Both the position numbers and the translations under genes were made by a program. The notes under the pieces were generated by a model, which saw only the letters and a list, made by a program, of their open reading frames with translations, ran no database searches and had not been told where the DNA came from. This document shows positions 37,736 to 51,620 of a stretch of DNA of 64,000 bases, in pieces. Source of the stretch: Schmidtea polychroa. Taxonomy: Eukaryota. The DNA is taken from the NCBI GenBank assembly GCA_044892525.1, contig CM097885.1, positions 45,634,001-45,698,000 of the forward strand. Reading direction: 5' to 3'. How positions within the stretch are numbered: position 1 is the stretch's first letter; each line of letters opens with the position of its first letter.

Positions 37736-38198
37736 ATCTAGTCCATGATTTTGATTTGAATCAAAGTCAATTATCTCAAAACGAGAATCGGCAATAGGAT
37801 ATGTTGTTTACTAAATTTGTAGATCTCATAATAATGAAAATGATTTGTAATTTTTGTATAATATTCTCAAATTGTTATAGTATAAGTTTATTATCAAATA
37901 TATTTTGACAGGGTTCTATTCAGAATTATTGAATTGGAAAATATTTGTTCATATATAAGTTTTGTTTACATTTACACTTTTGATAAAATCTTTTATTTGG
38001 ATGTCAACAAAGCCACAATTGCCAATACATGTTATGAGGAAGTTTTATGATGAAGAAATTTTTAAATTGAAAATTTTAAAAATTAAATTTTAGATTAATT
38101 TTTAAAAAAAAGAAATAAGAAGATATTTTAATTAAAAATATCTTTGTAGAAAATTTGTTTAAAGAAGATATAATTTGATATTTACAGAAATAAAATTT

Positions 38199-41100
38199 AT
38201 GGAAACAAAAACTGATTTTAATGTTTTACAGGATGAACCTCCTAATATGGTGGCAGCGGTAAACACGGACGCAATCACCGAAAGATTGCTACCAAAGGTA
38301 TTCTGCCAAGGGGACGACTTGGAAAAGTTCATTAAAAGATGCGAAATTTATTTCGACGCCAAAGGAATCACACAGAAGAAAGATCAGGAAAGATTAACAT
38401 CTTGCATGATTGATGAGGATCTCCTGGAAGTGTATGCAAAACACTGAAAAAAGCCGAAGGATTCCAGGCTAGGTTGCGATTGGCATTCGATCGCGAAAGA
38501 GATGTTTTAAAGGATCTACAAAACTTGTTGAATTACAAGCGGAAGGGTGAAGAAATAGAAACGTATTTTAAAAAGGTGGAGGACCTTGTTGATAGGTTGT
38601 TTGAAAATAAAGAATTTACCAAAGAGAAATTAACAGCAAGGATGTTAATAGTATGTGCGGAGAATAAAGAAGTTGAGAAAGAAGTGATACTACGGAAGAT
38701 AAAAAGCACAGAAGAAATAAAGGAAACACTAATTCTGATGGACAAAGTAGACAAGCAAAGAGATCAGATAAACAGTATGAAAAGTTACGCCAGAGTGGTC
38801 TATCAGGAACCACAGAGAAGAGTACAATACAAGAAGAAAGAACAGAGAGAAGAAAGTATCCGAAGAGAAATGCCAGAATGCTGGTTATGCCACAAAATAG
38901 GACACACGAAAATTGATTGTCCAATAAAAGGTAAAATAGAATGCTGGACATGTCATAGAAGCGGACATATAAGTAGAAACTGTCCAGATAAAAAAGCTCC
39001 AAGATGTTTTGGGTGTGGGAAAGAAGGTCATATAAGAAGATTGTGTCAGGAAATACGTTTTTGAAAATTGTAGCAGAAATGGTCATAGATCCGAGGAGTG
39101 TTATACAAAGATGAGGTACGGGAGAGCGACGGAGAGACAAAGATTCACGGGAAACAGATACAGTCGGATAAATGGTATCGAGGAAGAAGAAGAAAGGGAA
39201 TCGTGTGTAGAGACAAATGAAGATAATTTTAGGAAGACGTACCCAAACAACGGGCTCCACCAGTAGAGGAGTTGGTTGGAGCCATATTCTAACAGAAAAT
39301 TTGATGGGATATCCTCAAGGGGCAGAAAAGTGGGAGAATGTTGGAAGGGTAAGCGAGAAAGTATACAGGTTACTAAAGAGAGAAATGTTTGAAGAGGAAG
39401 TGGAAAGAATTGGAACCATTGAAACAGAGCAGGTTGTTGAAATTTTGTATAACAAAATGCAAGGAAGGCCTAGTATAACAGTAAGGATGAATGGGGAAAT
39501 TTCGACTGTTTATTAGACACTGGTGCAAGAATCAATGTAATGAGTGTGAACTGTTTTAACAAGCTACGAGAACAACAATTGACGAAAAGTGACGATAAGT
39601 TACGATGCGCAAACGAGAGTACGATCGAGACAATAGGAAAAACGAAGGTGCAAGTAACCATTGGAAATGTTTCGAAGGAAGTTATATTCATTGTGGCGGA
39701 GAAAGTGACACCAGACGTGATTGGAGGAATCGAATTACAAGAAACATTTGGATTTAGACTGTTAAAAATTAAAGATATCGAGGCTAGTGAAAAAGACAAG
39801 AACTATATTTGTAACATTGAAGCAAAATTTGACAGAAAAATAAAGGATGAAGAACGATTGATACAAGCGTTGGAACAGTTAAAGATCAATGAAGATAGCA
39901 AATTAAAGGAAATTATAACAAACAGTGGAAACGTGTTTATGGCAGATAAATGGGATGTGGGTCGCACACATTTGGTAAAACACAAGATAGTTACAAGAGG
40001 TGAGCCGATAAACATAAAACCATATCGCCAACCACTAAATTTGGAATCAAAGATTGAAGAAGCAATACAAAATTTGTACGAAAATGGAATTATACGGAAA
40101 TGTAACTCTCCATGGAATAATCCGCTAATATGTGTATGGAAAAAAGAGAAAAAGGATATTAGACTATGCTTGGACTTTAGACAGCTGAACGCGGTAACAG
40201 AGAGGCAGGCATTTCCAATGCCAATCATAGACGAGATGTTGGATTTGTTAGGAGGATCCGTCTTTTTCAGCTCAATCGATCTAGGTAATGCATATTACCA
40301 AGTGGAACTAGAAGAAGAATCACAGGAGAAAACAGCTTTCTCAACAAAGAACGGACAATATTGTTTCAACAGAATGCCGTTTGGAATTGCAGCAGCACCA
40401 GGTACGTTCCAAGAAATGATGACAAAAGTATTAGGCAAAATAAAGGGAGCAATGGTGTATTTGGACGACATCTTGATTCATTCAAGCAGTAAAGAGAAAC
40501 ACTATACAATACTCGGAGAAGTGTTAAAGGCGATTGAGGAAGCAGGCCTAAGGATTAATCCAGAAAAATGCCAAATAATAAAGGAAGAAATCAGATTCTT
40601 AGGACACATAATCAGCAAGGAAGGAGTACAGACAGATCCATCTAAAATTCAGGCCATACAGAACTTTGGGAAGCCTAATTGCGTAAAGAAACTCCGAAGC
40701 TTTTTAGGTATTTGCAATTATTATAGAAGATTCATCAGTGATTATGCAAAGAAGGCAAGGATGTTAGAACAATTATGTAGTGGACCAAGTAACAAAAAAT
40801 TAGAATGGAGTGAAGGAACGAATAGCGTGTTTGAGGGATTGAAATTAGCACTCACGACGGCGCCAATCTTATGTTTTCCGGATCTGAAAAAGGAGTTCAT
40901 TTTAGATACCGACGCTAGTTTCGATACCATTGGAGCAGTACTTTCACAAAGAGATAAAGATGGAAAGGAAAGAGTAATTGCGTATGGATCACACTCGATG
41001 ACGAGCCACGAGAAAGGATATTGTATTACAAAAAAGGAACTATTGGCGGTATATCATTTTTGCATTCATTTTAAGCACTATCTCTACGGAAGAAGATTCA

Positions 41101-42355
41101 CGCTCAGGACAGACCACAAGGCAATCACGTTTATGATGACAACCAAGAAGCCGATTACTTCACAATTTCAAACATGGATCAATTATTTGAGCAGTTTAGA
41201 TATAAGAGTAGAATACAGAAAGGGTATTAATCACCAAAATGCAGACATGGTGTCGAGAACTAAATGTGACACGTGTGTTCAATGTCAAATGACCCACGAA
41301 GAAGCTAAGAAAGGAAAGATAAAAACAAGATTACTAGACTCGATCAGAGAAGAAGGAAGAAGCAACATCCAACATGGAATTGTAGAAGAAGTACGAAAGA
41401 AAACGATACCTGAAAATGAGTTACAAGAAACAATAAAGGAAATACATAGACTATTGTGTCATGCTGGAGTCGAGAAGATAGCCGATTATATGAAAGATAG
41501 ATATGTTGGAAAACATCTGTGGAGTCAGATTCAGGAAATTGTTCGAAGTTGTGAGATTTGTCAAAAAACCAAGGCTTTAACAATAACAACGAAAGAACCA
41601 GTAAAAAAAAAGATTCGAAGGAAATGTTCGAAATTATATTCGTGGATATATGTGGACCGTTGACAGAAACAAAAGGACGTAAGAAGTATATATTGGGCAT
41701 AATAGATCAGTATAGTAAGTATCAAGTCTTGACAGCGATAACAAAACAAGACGAAGAAACAATAAAGAAAACGATTTTAGAAAAGTGGATTTTAAGATTT
41801 GGATGCCCAAAGGAGATAAGAGTTGATTGCGGAAAGGCGTTTGAATCAGGAATGATGAGAGAATTCATAAAGATACTAGATATTAAATTATGTTTTTCGA
41901 GTCCATAGCATCACCAAACAAACGGTCAGATAGAAAGACAATTCAGGACAATACGGGATTTGATAAATGCTACTTTACAGGATAGAAAGAAGACGGATTG
42001 GGCAGAGATATTACCAGAAGTCGAATTCACTTTAAATGCAACCAAACAAAAAACGACAGGGAAAAGCCCGGCAGAGATAGTTTTTGGAAAAAAGATTAGC
42101 AGGGAAAAATGGTACGGGTCCAAAGAAATACCGATAAAGGAAGAACTGGAAGAACAAACAAGGAGAAAATTCAATGTAGGAGAAGAAGTATTAGTAAAAG
42201 TAGAAACACGCCACAAAGGCCAGGACAGGTATGAAGGTCCGTACAAAGTGATAGAGAAAGTGCATGACAGACGATACATCTTAAGAAATGAAGATGGAAA
42301 AAGGATCGAAAGAAATGTGGAAAAACTTAAAAATTTCTTAAGAAGGGGGATATGA
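38199..42355 (+). pseudogene. gag-pol of Gypsy element 2
   Basis: ORFs 38175-38447, 38474-39064, 39540-41663 (707 aa), 41558-41908 and 41960-42355; frameshift in the A-run near 41605 and a TAG at 41906. Confidence 0.95.
38248..38260 (+). promoter_or_regulatory. primer-binding site, tRNA-Leu type
   Basis: TGGTGGCAGCGGT is complementary to ...ACCGCTGCCA-CCA of metazoan tRNA-Leu(AAG/TAG). Confidence 0.8.
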
Positions 42356-42711
42356 GGAAGTTTTATGATGAAGAAATTTTTAAATTGAAAATTAAATTGA
42401 AAAATTAAATTTTAGATTAATTTAAAAAAAAAATAAGAAGATATTTTAATTAAAAATATCTTCGTAGAAAATTTGTTTAAATAAGAAAGTTTTAAGAAGA
42501 TATAATTTGATACTGATATTGACTGAAATAAAATTTATGGAAGCAAAAACTGATTTTAATGTTTTACAGGATGAACATCCTAATACATATTATTCTGGTT
42601 TCGGTAAAAATTTGAGAAAAGTGATATATTGTGTATTTGAGAATAAATATGTTTCGGACTGTATAAGGTATTACTGTTTAATTTTCTTTAAATAATTTTT
42701 CAAATTTTTCT

Positions 42712-43250
42712 CAATCAAATCCATTCTGTAAATTGCATGAGGCAACGCATAAACTTAATAAAATGACAAAGCATGTGTTCCACCATCTCTGGAATCTAAA
42801 GCAATGCCAATAGTTCTTCCTGAAGCATAAAGTGACAGAATATCTTGGATAGTGACATACATAGCAGAAGCAATAAATATTTCAAACATGATTTGATTTA
42901 TTATTTCTCTGTTAGTTTCTGGATTCAGTGGCACTTCGTTACGAAGAACTGGATGCTCTTTTGGTACAATTCTCAATTCACTGTAATATATATATATATA
43001 TATATCATCCCAGTTTGAAACAATACCGTGTTCAATTGAATAATTCAAAGTAAAAAAATACCTCTCTTAGATTGAGTCTCATAGCTATCTTTTTGACCTA
43101 TACCAACATTAACTTCTTGATGTCTTGGTTGATCAAAAATTGAGAAAAACACAGGTTTTGAAGCATCAACCCCTCTCCACCCAACGCAAATCCAGTTTTG
43201 AACATTTCCAATTCATTATCAATAACCAGAATGATAACATCTCTTTTCAT
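42712..43250 (-). pseudogene. actin pseudogene (N-terminal half, no introns seen)
   Basis: [69 protein letters not shown]; stops, frameshifts and a (TA)n insertion. Confidence 0.95.
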
Positions 43251-44775
43251 TTTCTTTTGAAACCAAAAATTTGAATAAAAAGAACTAAATTCCAACGAAT
43301 AAAAAAACTTATTTTTCGCCATAAAATTTCAGAAAAGCCCAATACGTTCAAGAAGAATCGAAGAATTAAATAATCAGCAATCAAAAGCATACACAATTAC
43401 AAACTCAACTACTCGTATCTGCTACCAAAAAAAAAACATGCATTCGCACACAGACACGAGTAGTCAGAATTGACCATACTACTGTTCAGCCATATTAGTC
43501 AAATAACTAGACACAATAGACAAACGGGTTCATTATAATAAAACACATTATTAAAATTTGTTATAGACTTTGATAAATCAGTACTATAAAACAGACAATA
43601 CATGTTTAAAAAATCACAAAAATTATATTTTAATTATTGCAATTTTATTTTATTCTATATTTCATCCAAAAACCATTTGTTAAATTGCAACACATAAAAA
43701 TGGCTTTAATAGAAATCCATGTTAAATTTAAGATAAAATATTGATCTATTGTCTGAAATGAAATGAAAATAATATAAAATAATAAACACGAATCATGGAG
43801 GTATTGTTATATATAAATGAATTAGTTTTTTCTACTGATAAAGGATATTTTATTCATTATTGGAATATAAAATCCCATATTAAATACTATACGTTTAATT
43901 ATAAAGAATCCACTCTCATTTTCAAGGTTTCTAGATGAGATGAAATTGGTAATAATGAAAGATAGATAGATTCGACATCAAAGACAGATGATATGGAACG
44001 GATAATTCAAACCGGTAACCAAATTAGTTGTTTTGGAATTGGCGCCAAATTTCATTTTATGGTTCAATTATTATGAATTGAAAAACTTTGTACACTAAGT
44101 TTTTCACTATCAAAATCATTAGATACATTGTGGAATATTATTCACATAGTTTACCCCATCTCCTAATTCAATCGGTTTTAAGTAGAAAATTGTTTACACT
44201 ACCAATATAAAGATAAACATTTATTAGTGGCATGCAGTCTAAATTACGAGACAAATGCAAAGTACAACCGGTTCTATTCACATTCAAAATACGAAATGAA
44301 TAAAAATATTTGAGTTAACTGCATCTTGCTTGTTTTTCTATACAAAATATGTGTGACAAGCAAATTGTTTGCTTATAGTCGATTTAATTTGGAAATGGTC
44401 ACTAATATCACTAAAGATTTGTTAGGTGTCTATAATATTTATTTTCAATTTATTTAAAAATATTTAGTTTTGTCGTTTCTAAAAAAATATCAGAAAGTCC
44501 AAATGAAATATGTGGGTTTAAAATTGTTCAAGAATTTTTCTGAAATTTTTAATTTTATATTACATGTATATTACATATTTAAACAATCATTATAAACAAC
44601 GATACCAGAAATAATACTGGTTTTAATATATCGCCGGTAAGCTTTTATGAAATTAAATATGAGAAATAAGGTTAAAGGATTTATTTATGATTGATGGACT
44701 TTTTTATACTTTTTTACAAATTCAGTAAAAATGTTTTATTTTCAGTAATAATAATAATAATAATAATAATAATAG

Positions 44776-44979
44776 TATAAAATGATGATTGCTTGGTAGC
44801 AGCATTTATTATTAAAAACAATAAAATGATAATTTAAGCCTTTTGCTGCAAATAATGTATTTGATGAAAGAATTTTCGACTATACGATAGTCCTTGTCAA
44901 GGACTATCGTATAGTCGAAAATTCTTTCATTAAATACATTATTTGCAGCAAAAGGCTTAAATTATCATTTTATTGTTTT
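44776..44979. mobile_element. 165-bp near-perfect palindrome (44815-44979) plus 5' extension; Penelope terminal fragment within (AAT)n
   Basis: Arms mirror about position 44897 with one mismatch; homologous to 33045-33240 and 62933-63020. Confidence 0.88.
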
Positions 44980-44980
44980 A

Positions 44981-45060
<80 letters not shown>

Positions 45061-45077
45061 CAATAATAATAACAATA
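44981..45077. repeat. (AAT)n microsatellite
   Basis: Direct reading. Confidence 0.95.
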
Positions 45078-47959
45078 AAACATTTTAAAGAATGTTATTA
45101 TTTATTTAAATTGTTTAATCTTTGCCAAAATTTCTTTCTCAATTAACACTTATGGAACAAAAATATTAAAGTCTCATTTTCTGATTTTATTCTCACCTCA
45201 CGACTAACTGTCGTCAATCTCCGTTCTGAATAAAGATTGAGACCTGTCATTAAATCGAAGCAATCGGAAATCCAAATAAAATTACTCAAAAGTTAATTAG
45301 AAAATTTACAATTTACTTTTATTCATGAAATAAAATGTTCAGAACTTTCAACATATTTCCATTAACAATTATATTATTTAAAAAAAAAAATTTCTTAAAA
45401 TAAAAAAAAACATTACTTTTACATCTACAAATAATAAAACACTGAAAATTTTCCAGGACATCACTCTGTCAAAACGTGACAAAATTCAATAATTTGATCA
45501 AATTTTCAACGTCACGGTTGAACGATTTCGATTGATGTTGATGAACCTAATGTTTCTTTAACCTTCAAATTTTGAAAATGAAAAAAAATATTCCAATCTA
45601 GAACGAATTGGAAAATATCCATGATTGAGAAATGTTCAAAATTAATTTAATTTGTTTTTGTTGGAAATGTAAGTTTTGATTACGACAAACAAAATTCGGT
45701 GAATAGAATAAAACAAAATTTTTTTCCCAAGTCAAAGTTAACTAAAGTGCATTAACTAAATTTAATTAATATTTGTTATTGAAAAAGGTTTAATTTTATT
45801 TTATCCTGAAACCTTTTATCAATTTAAATTGATCCTATCAGTCATTGCACAATGAAAGGGAAATTTCTAAAATAATTTTATTATTTTTTATTTTCATTAA
45901 AGTAGACATTTGATATTTATTTTTTATATTTATTTGATATCTTATTTACATATAAGTTAGAAATTGGGAAATATTTTAGGTCCGATTCTGAAAAAATTAT
46001 GAAAAAGCAATTTATTAACCAATTACAATAATTCATTAATTTATAAAACAAAATTCTACTTCAATAATAGGTTTTCGGAAGATTCTTGGCAATCATACAT
46101 TACTCTAAAATTACTCTTCCTTTTTCTTCACATGTATTTTTCTAAATTAATTTACCTAAGTAACATAACGAATGCATTCAACGTGCATACATTCAACGTA
46201 CTGCTTGGATCATTCTTTCGGTAACATCAAAGGTATTGGAGTTATACTATCGATTTGATTGTCAAGTTTATGTTTTACCTCGATATTCCACATCTAATTA
46301 CCTTAGTGTTTTAATATAAACGAGTACTATGAAGTTGTTTAAGTCACCTAGGTTAAGTGTCGAGTATGATCGTGAAAGCGTAACTCTAAAATCAATAGCC
46401 ATAAGGTATGTAAGAATGGGCGGATGTAAATTTGGAATGATAACTCGTTATTGTGGATAAGAATACTATGATTAAAAATAAGAATATTCTCTTTTTTATT
46501 GAACCGATTCTGTTTTACCAAACGATGACGACTTAATGTGAAGAAATAGGCTTAGACGAGATTTTGCATAGAAATGTAAATTTAATGTGAGTACCTCGGG
46601 CTCTTTAGGCGTTCAGTTCAACTATCTTTATGATATTGAGTCAGCACTAGTGATTGCAAATAGAGAACAAACAGACAACTTATCCCCTCAAGACCTCGAA
46701 TGGACGAATGTTGTCCAATGGACAATCAACCAACAGTGTGGCGAGGATCGAGATGTCATTATACTAGAGAATTCCAACACCGATACACCTTGTTGGCCGG
46801 AAAGTAAATCAGAGCAAATGAGAGACTTCTAACAAGATCAAAACATTTATTTAGTGATTTTAAATATAGAAATAAATTGTTCTCTTGACATATTCTTTCT
46901 GAGTGAATGGGTATGCTGAATTGAGTGTATGCTGGTGGATGAATGATACGGGTGCGCGGGCCATTCGTGAATGAACATTTTATTTTAAAAATATATAGTT
47001 AACACGAGAGAACTCATTAATTTAATATATTGAATTGCCAATTATTTTTTATAAATTTGTTGGAAACAGGATACGAATAAACTTATATTTGTCATAGCCA
47101 AAATAAAATGTCAAATTTGAGAATGTATAAATTTATTTATTATAATATATTTGTTTTTCTGTTAATCTGAGTGCATTAAATTTTATCGAAATAAAAATAA
47201 AATTGAGTTTTCGAAAAAATACTTTAATAAGCAAAAATTATTTAATGAAATTTTATTTATATTTGAGATGAGCTTGATTATCATCAGCAAAGTCTTTTCT
47301 CTTTCTTTCAACCATTTGTTTACATGCAGATGCTCCTTGTTTAATTATTCTCATTGACTTGAATTCAGCTTGTAGTAATAAATATTTATTTACCCAACAA
47401 TGTTCTAATTTGAATGTTTTTATAAGCTTTTTATTCACAAAATATACATAAAAATAAATTTTTGACAAATAATATATTGGAAGATCAAATTCTTTTTTAA
47501 AAATGATAAATATATTTAATAATATTTTTAATAAGCTGAGACAAAAATGTATTTAATTTAAAAATTAAAAACTGTGATAATTGAGAGATATTTAGAACTT
47601 GGGCGCGATTTGAAATCGGAAGCAACAGTATGAAGAAGCACTTGAAAGTTCGTATTTAAAAAATTTGAAAATTTTCTTGCCTTATAAAAAAAAAACATTA
47701 ACTTTTGGTAGAAGTTGTTAGATTTTATTATAAAGCATACTTGTAATTGACTTAAGTGTTGAGGTTGCAAAAAAAATAATTTTAATTCATCATAAGAGGT
47801 ACCATGAATAAATCAAAAATTTTATATATTTGTTAATATAAAAAACAAAAATACTAAGCAAAATACTTTTTTTGGTTTTAAAGATTACGATTTTAAAATG
47901 ATAAAAATTAATTACTTTTAAGAAATTTTTACTTTTAAATATTCATTTTTAATAATAGT

Positions 47960-48292
<333 letters not shown>

Positions 48293-49431
48293 TTAATATT
48301 AAATTTAAAAAATTAAAAGTCCTTGAGTTAGTATAAATTTCACATTGAAATAAAATTATTTTTCATGGTTTGATATTTATCATTTAAATAATTTATGAGA
48401 ATATCTTTAATTAATTAAAATTTGGCATTCAGGATTTTAAATAAATTTTATAAATTTTTATTGCCTGATATAATTTTTAAAATTATAAATATAATGCATT
48501 GGCCATCTTATAAATTATAAATTGACTTTACCATTGTTTAAAACATTTGTTGTCTGCACAGGATAATAAAACTAATACAAATTAAATAAATTAATAGTTA
48601 TAATATATGTATAATATTTTAATTAGAAAATATATTAATTTCAAATTGTTATATTTCATTTTAAATTTATTATTAATTTTTTATCAAATAATTTTCAGTC
48701 TTTTTCAATATTAAAATCTCACTAAAGAAGTATGAAAAAGGAATTGATAGTTTCTCAATAGTTTCTCAAAAGGTTTTTCTAAAAATGTTATACTTTTGAA
48801 TGATTTTGCATATACTTAATGTCACTCATAATCATATTTGATTTTTTAATTTCTATAATTTCTACAAATATTAGTTTTGTGTACATGTCGAAGTAAAAGC
48901 TTAAAGTATAGTAAATACATACACTTACTAGGATGTCACTTAGGTATCATGAAGAATATTTTTCCTGATTTCTTTCTTCTCACCCGCAAAGTAATTCCAT
49001 GTGATGTAAGAAGATTATGCTCAAAATTATTTGGAATTTAATACATGTTTAGAGGAAGAATTTTTTTAGTTGTTAATTTAATGGATATAATAAAATCTCG
49101 GTCCACGAAGTCTAACATACATTATTTAACTATTTATTAAATTTAAAACATTTTTAAACTTTTAATAAATTTTTCAACCAATTTTTAAGGTGACATGCAT
49201 TTTACCAAAAATAGACAATAAACCATTGTAAAACAATCAGAAAAGATTTTTAAAATACTTAATTAATTTGTGTATTTAATTTTTAAAACTTCAAATACCT
49301 ATTTTTATTCCATTTTATTATATAAAAAATGGATTCACTTCCAGAAAGTTATACAAAAGGTTTTTCTAGAAGAATAAATAATAAAAAGTTTTTTTATTAT
49401 TAACAAGTTTTAATTTGTAACATAAGTAATT

Positions 49432-49758
49432 GATTCTAGGACGTTTCATCGTCGGACTATTCATCGGGCGGACGATTTATCAAGAGGACTGTTCACCACA
49501 GGATTTACTTTTATGTATACATGTAAAATAATAAATAAATAATTGAGGTTCTTCTTTGCAATATCTATTAATTTGTCCATTTACTTTATTTTAACATAGT
49601 AACACGTATATTAAGATATATCCAAAGCAAATCAATATATCATGATGAACAGTTCTCTTGATGAACCATCCTGTGATGAACAGTCAGTCCTCTTGATGAA
49701 CCATCCTGTGATGAACAGTCCGACAATGAATCGTCCGGCGATGAAACGTCCGGATACC
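49432..49758. mobile_element. foldback-type MITE with about 15-bp subterminal repeats (MULE-like)
   Basis: Arrays of GGACGTTTCATCG-like units inverted at the two ends; 8-bp TSD AAGTAATT. Confidence 0.8.
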
Positions 49759-49778
49759 AAGTAATTATATAACTTTTA

Positions 49779-50030
49779 GTGTGCCGAATACACAATTTTC
49801 ATTTTATGGTAAATATTCTTTTATATTTGGTGTAATAAATGATAACTGTATTCTCATAACTGTAACAGCGTTAAAGTGATTTCGATGATTTGTTTTAGTT
49901 AGGAAATACAGTAAGAATTCTGTATCCCATAAATTGGTGGTTTGAAATGGTAACAAGATACAGCTTGCATGTTTTGATAGTTCTGAATATTCTTCAGGTA
50001 ATTCGCTCCAAACATTAATATGAGAAATTT
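49779..50030 (-). mobile_element. hAT-Charlie (ZBED5/SCAND3-like) transposase C-terminal remnant
   Basis: WSELPEEYSELSKHASCILLPFQTTNLWDTEF...TKTNHRNHF...MRIQLS. Confidence 0.85.
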
Positions 50031-50174
50031 CGGACCAATGCCCTTTTCTTGCCAAATAAAATATAAAAATAATTTGAAACAAAAGTTAAAATCTAAAATT
50101 AAATTAAAATATTTTATTGTCCAAACAAAAATGACAAACGAACCAAATTGAGAAATATAACAAAAAATTAAAAC

Positions 50175-50365
50175 AACATTTTCATAAATAATCAGGAGGA
50201 TCGTTTTTGCTTTCTTATCCTTTATTAATATTGCCTTTGCTTTTGTAATCTTTCCGTTAAATTCAATGATAAACAAGGCATCTGTTTTATTGTTTGGGAT
50301 CTTCCACTATGTGATTAAGCATTGTCTCATCACATTGGACATTCATACGCGGTCCTCCTAGCTTA
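50175..50365 (-). mobile_element. Merlin (IS1595/ISXO2-like) transposase fragment
   Basis: LGGPRMNVQCDETMLN, then after a frameshift NKTDALFIIEFNGKITKAKAILIKDKKAKTILLII. Confidence 0.8.
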
Positions 50366-51182
50366 TTTTTTCTAAAGCCAAAATCGTTTATTTTAGATAA
50401 TATATTTTGAATTATTTCCTTTATTAAAGCATTTTAAACTTTAATATATTTTAAATTTTAATAATTTTAATATTTTATATTTTAATTATATTTTAAAAAT
50501 TTAAAAAAAGATTAAGAATTTTTTTTTAAAAAATTTGACAAATAAAAAGGGCATTGATCTGTAAATTCGACTGATTTTCCTTGTGCTTGAATGAAATGGG
50601 TTTTGAACCCAGTTATATATATTTTCATTGATAGATCTTTATAAGTTGTGATGATTTGCAATGTCGGTTTAAATTCGAGTAATTGTTCCGTTTATACAAC
50701 AAAAATTATCAAGTTTTGGAGGACAGTCTAAATTTCTTTGATTAGCTACATCATTTAATTAACTAATTAATCAGTTTAAATTTGCGATTCAAGAAATATA
50801 TAAAAAGCTCCTTCTGTAATTCGAAAAATCTAACGAGGATCTTACCTTGAAATCGCCAAAGGACTTCACTATGCAAAAGAAGGATTGTGATTCATACCCA
50901 TATCTTCAGAAAAAATTTTGAACAGTCTTAAATGTAATTGACGACTTTTAATAAACTTTATAATTTGTATTGCTTTGTAAAATACCGTTTTAAACGAGGT
51001 TAACATATATTTAGTTACCGGTGATGTCTAAAAAGAATAAAATGACTACTGGTGTAGTATTTGCTGCTCTCTTTATTTGTGTTAAAGCACCAGTCGCCAT
51101 TCCTATCATAGCTTTACCATAATTACTGTACATTCCAATGCACATTCCAATTTATAACATGTTTATTCATGAAATATTTTCA

Positions 51183-51350
<168 letters not shown>

Positions 51351-51428
51351 TTAAAAATGTTAAAACATTCTCAAAAAGAAATGACATTCATTTAATAGAT
51401 TCCACGGGATAATATCTTAATATATTAA

Positions 51429-51620
51429 TCTAATATATAAAGATGAAAGTTTTTTTGTTTGTTACCCATAGAATTCCCCACCGTTGGACCTAGGGTGCTG
51501 AAATTTCGCATGTGACCCTCATTCGACTCGGGGCAGGTCATAGACTATGTTTCAAACCCAGATTACCACCCTAGGGTACCCTAAGTCGGTTTGTTTGTCT
51601 GTCCGGTCAGCAATTTGCCA
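51429..51620 (+). mobile_element. possible non-autonomous Helitron 5' end
   Basis: A|TCTAATATATAAAGATGAAAGTTTTTTTGTTTGTTAC...GCTGAAATTT pattern; a candidate CTAG 3' end at 54273-54276 is not proven to be linked. Confidence 0.45.

Larger units (their letters stand above)
38033..42585 (+). mobile_element. Ty3/Gypsy LTR retrotransposon, structurally complete (4553 bp), lightly mutated
   Basis: LTRs 38033-38247 and 42351-42585; TSD CATGT / CATAT; PBS TGGTGGCAGCGGT; PPT AGAAGGGGGA at 42341-42350; gag, PR (LLDTGA), RT (YLDD), RNase H (DTDAS), integrase (HHCC, VDICGPL, NGQIER). Confidence 0.97.

Noticed and set aside
38533..42279. Minus-strand ORFs over Gypsy element 2 (and + strand ORFs over element 1)
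   Set aside because: Antisense shadows of the gag-pol frame
46587..46832. 81-aa ORF, possibly an old Gypsy pol linker
   Set aside because: No diagnostic motif, LTR or PBS nearby
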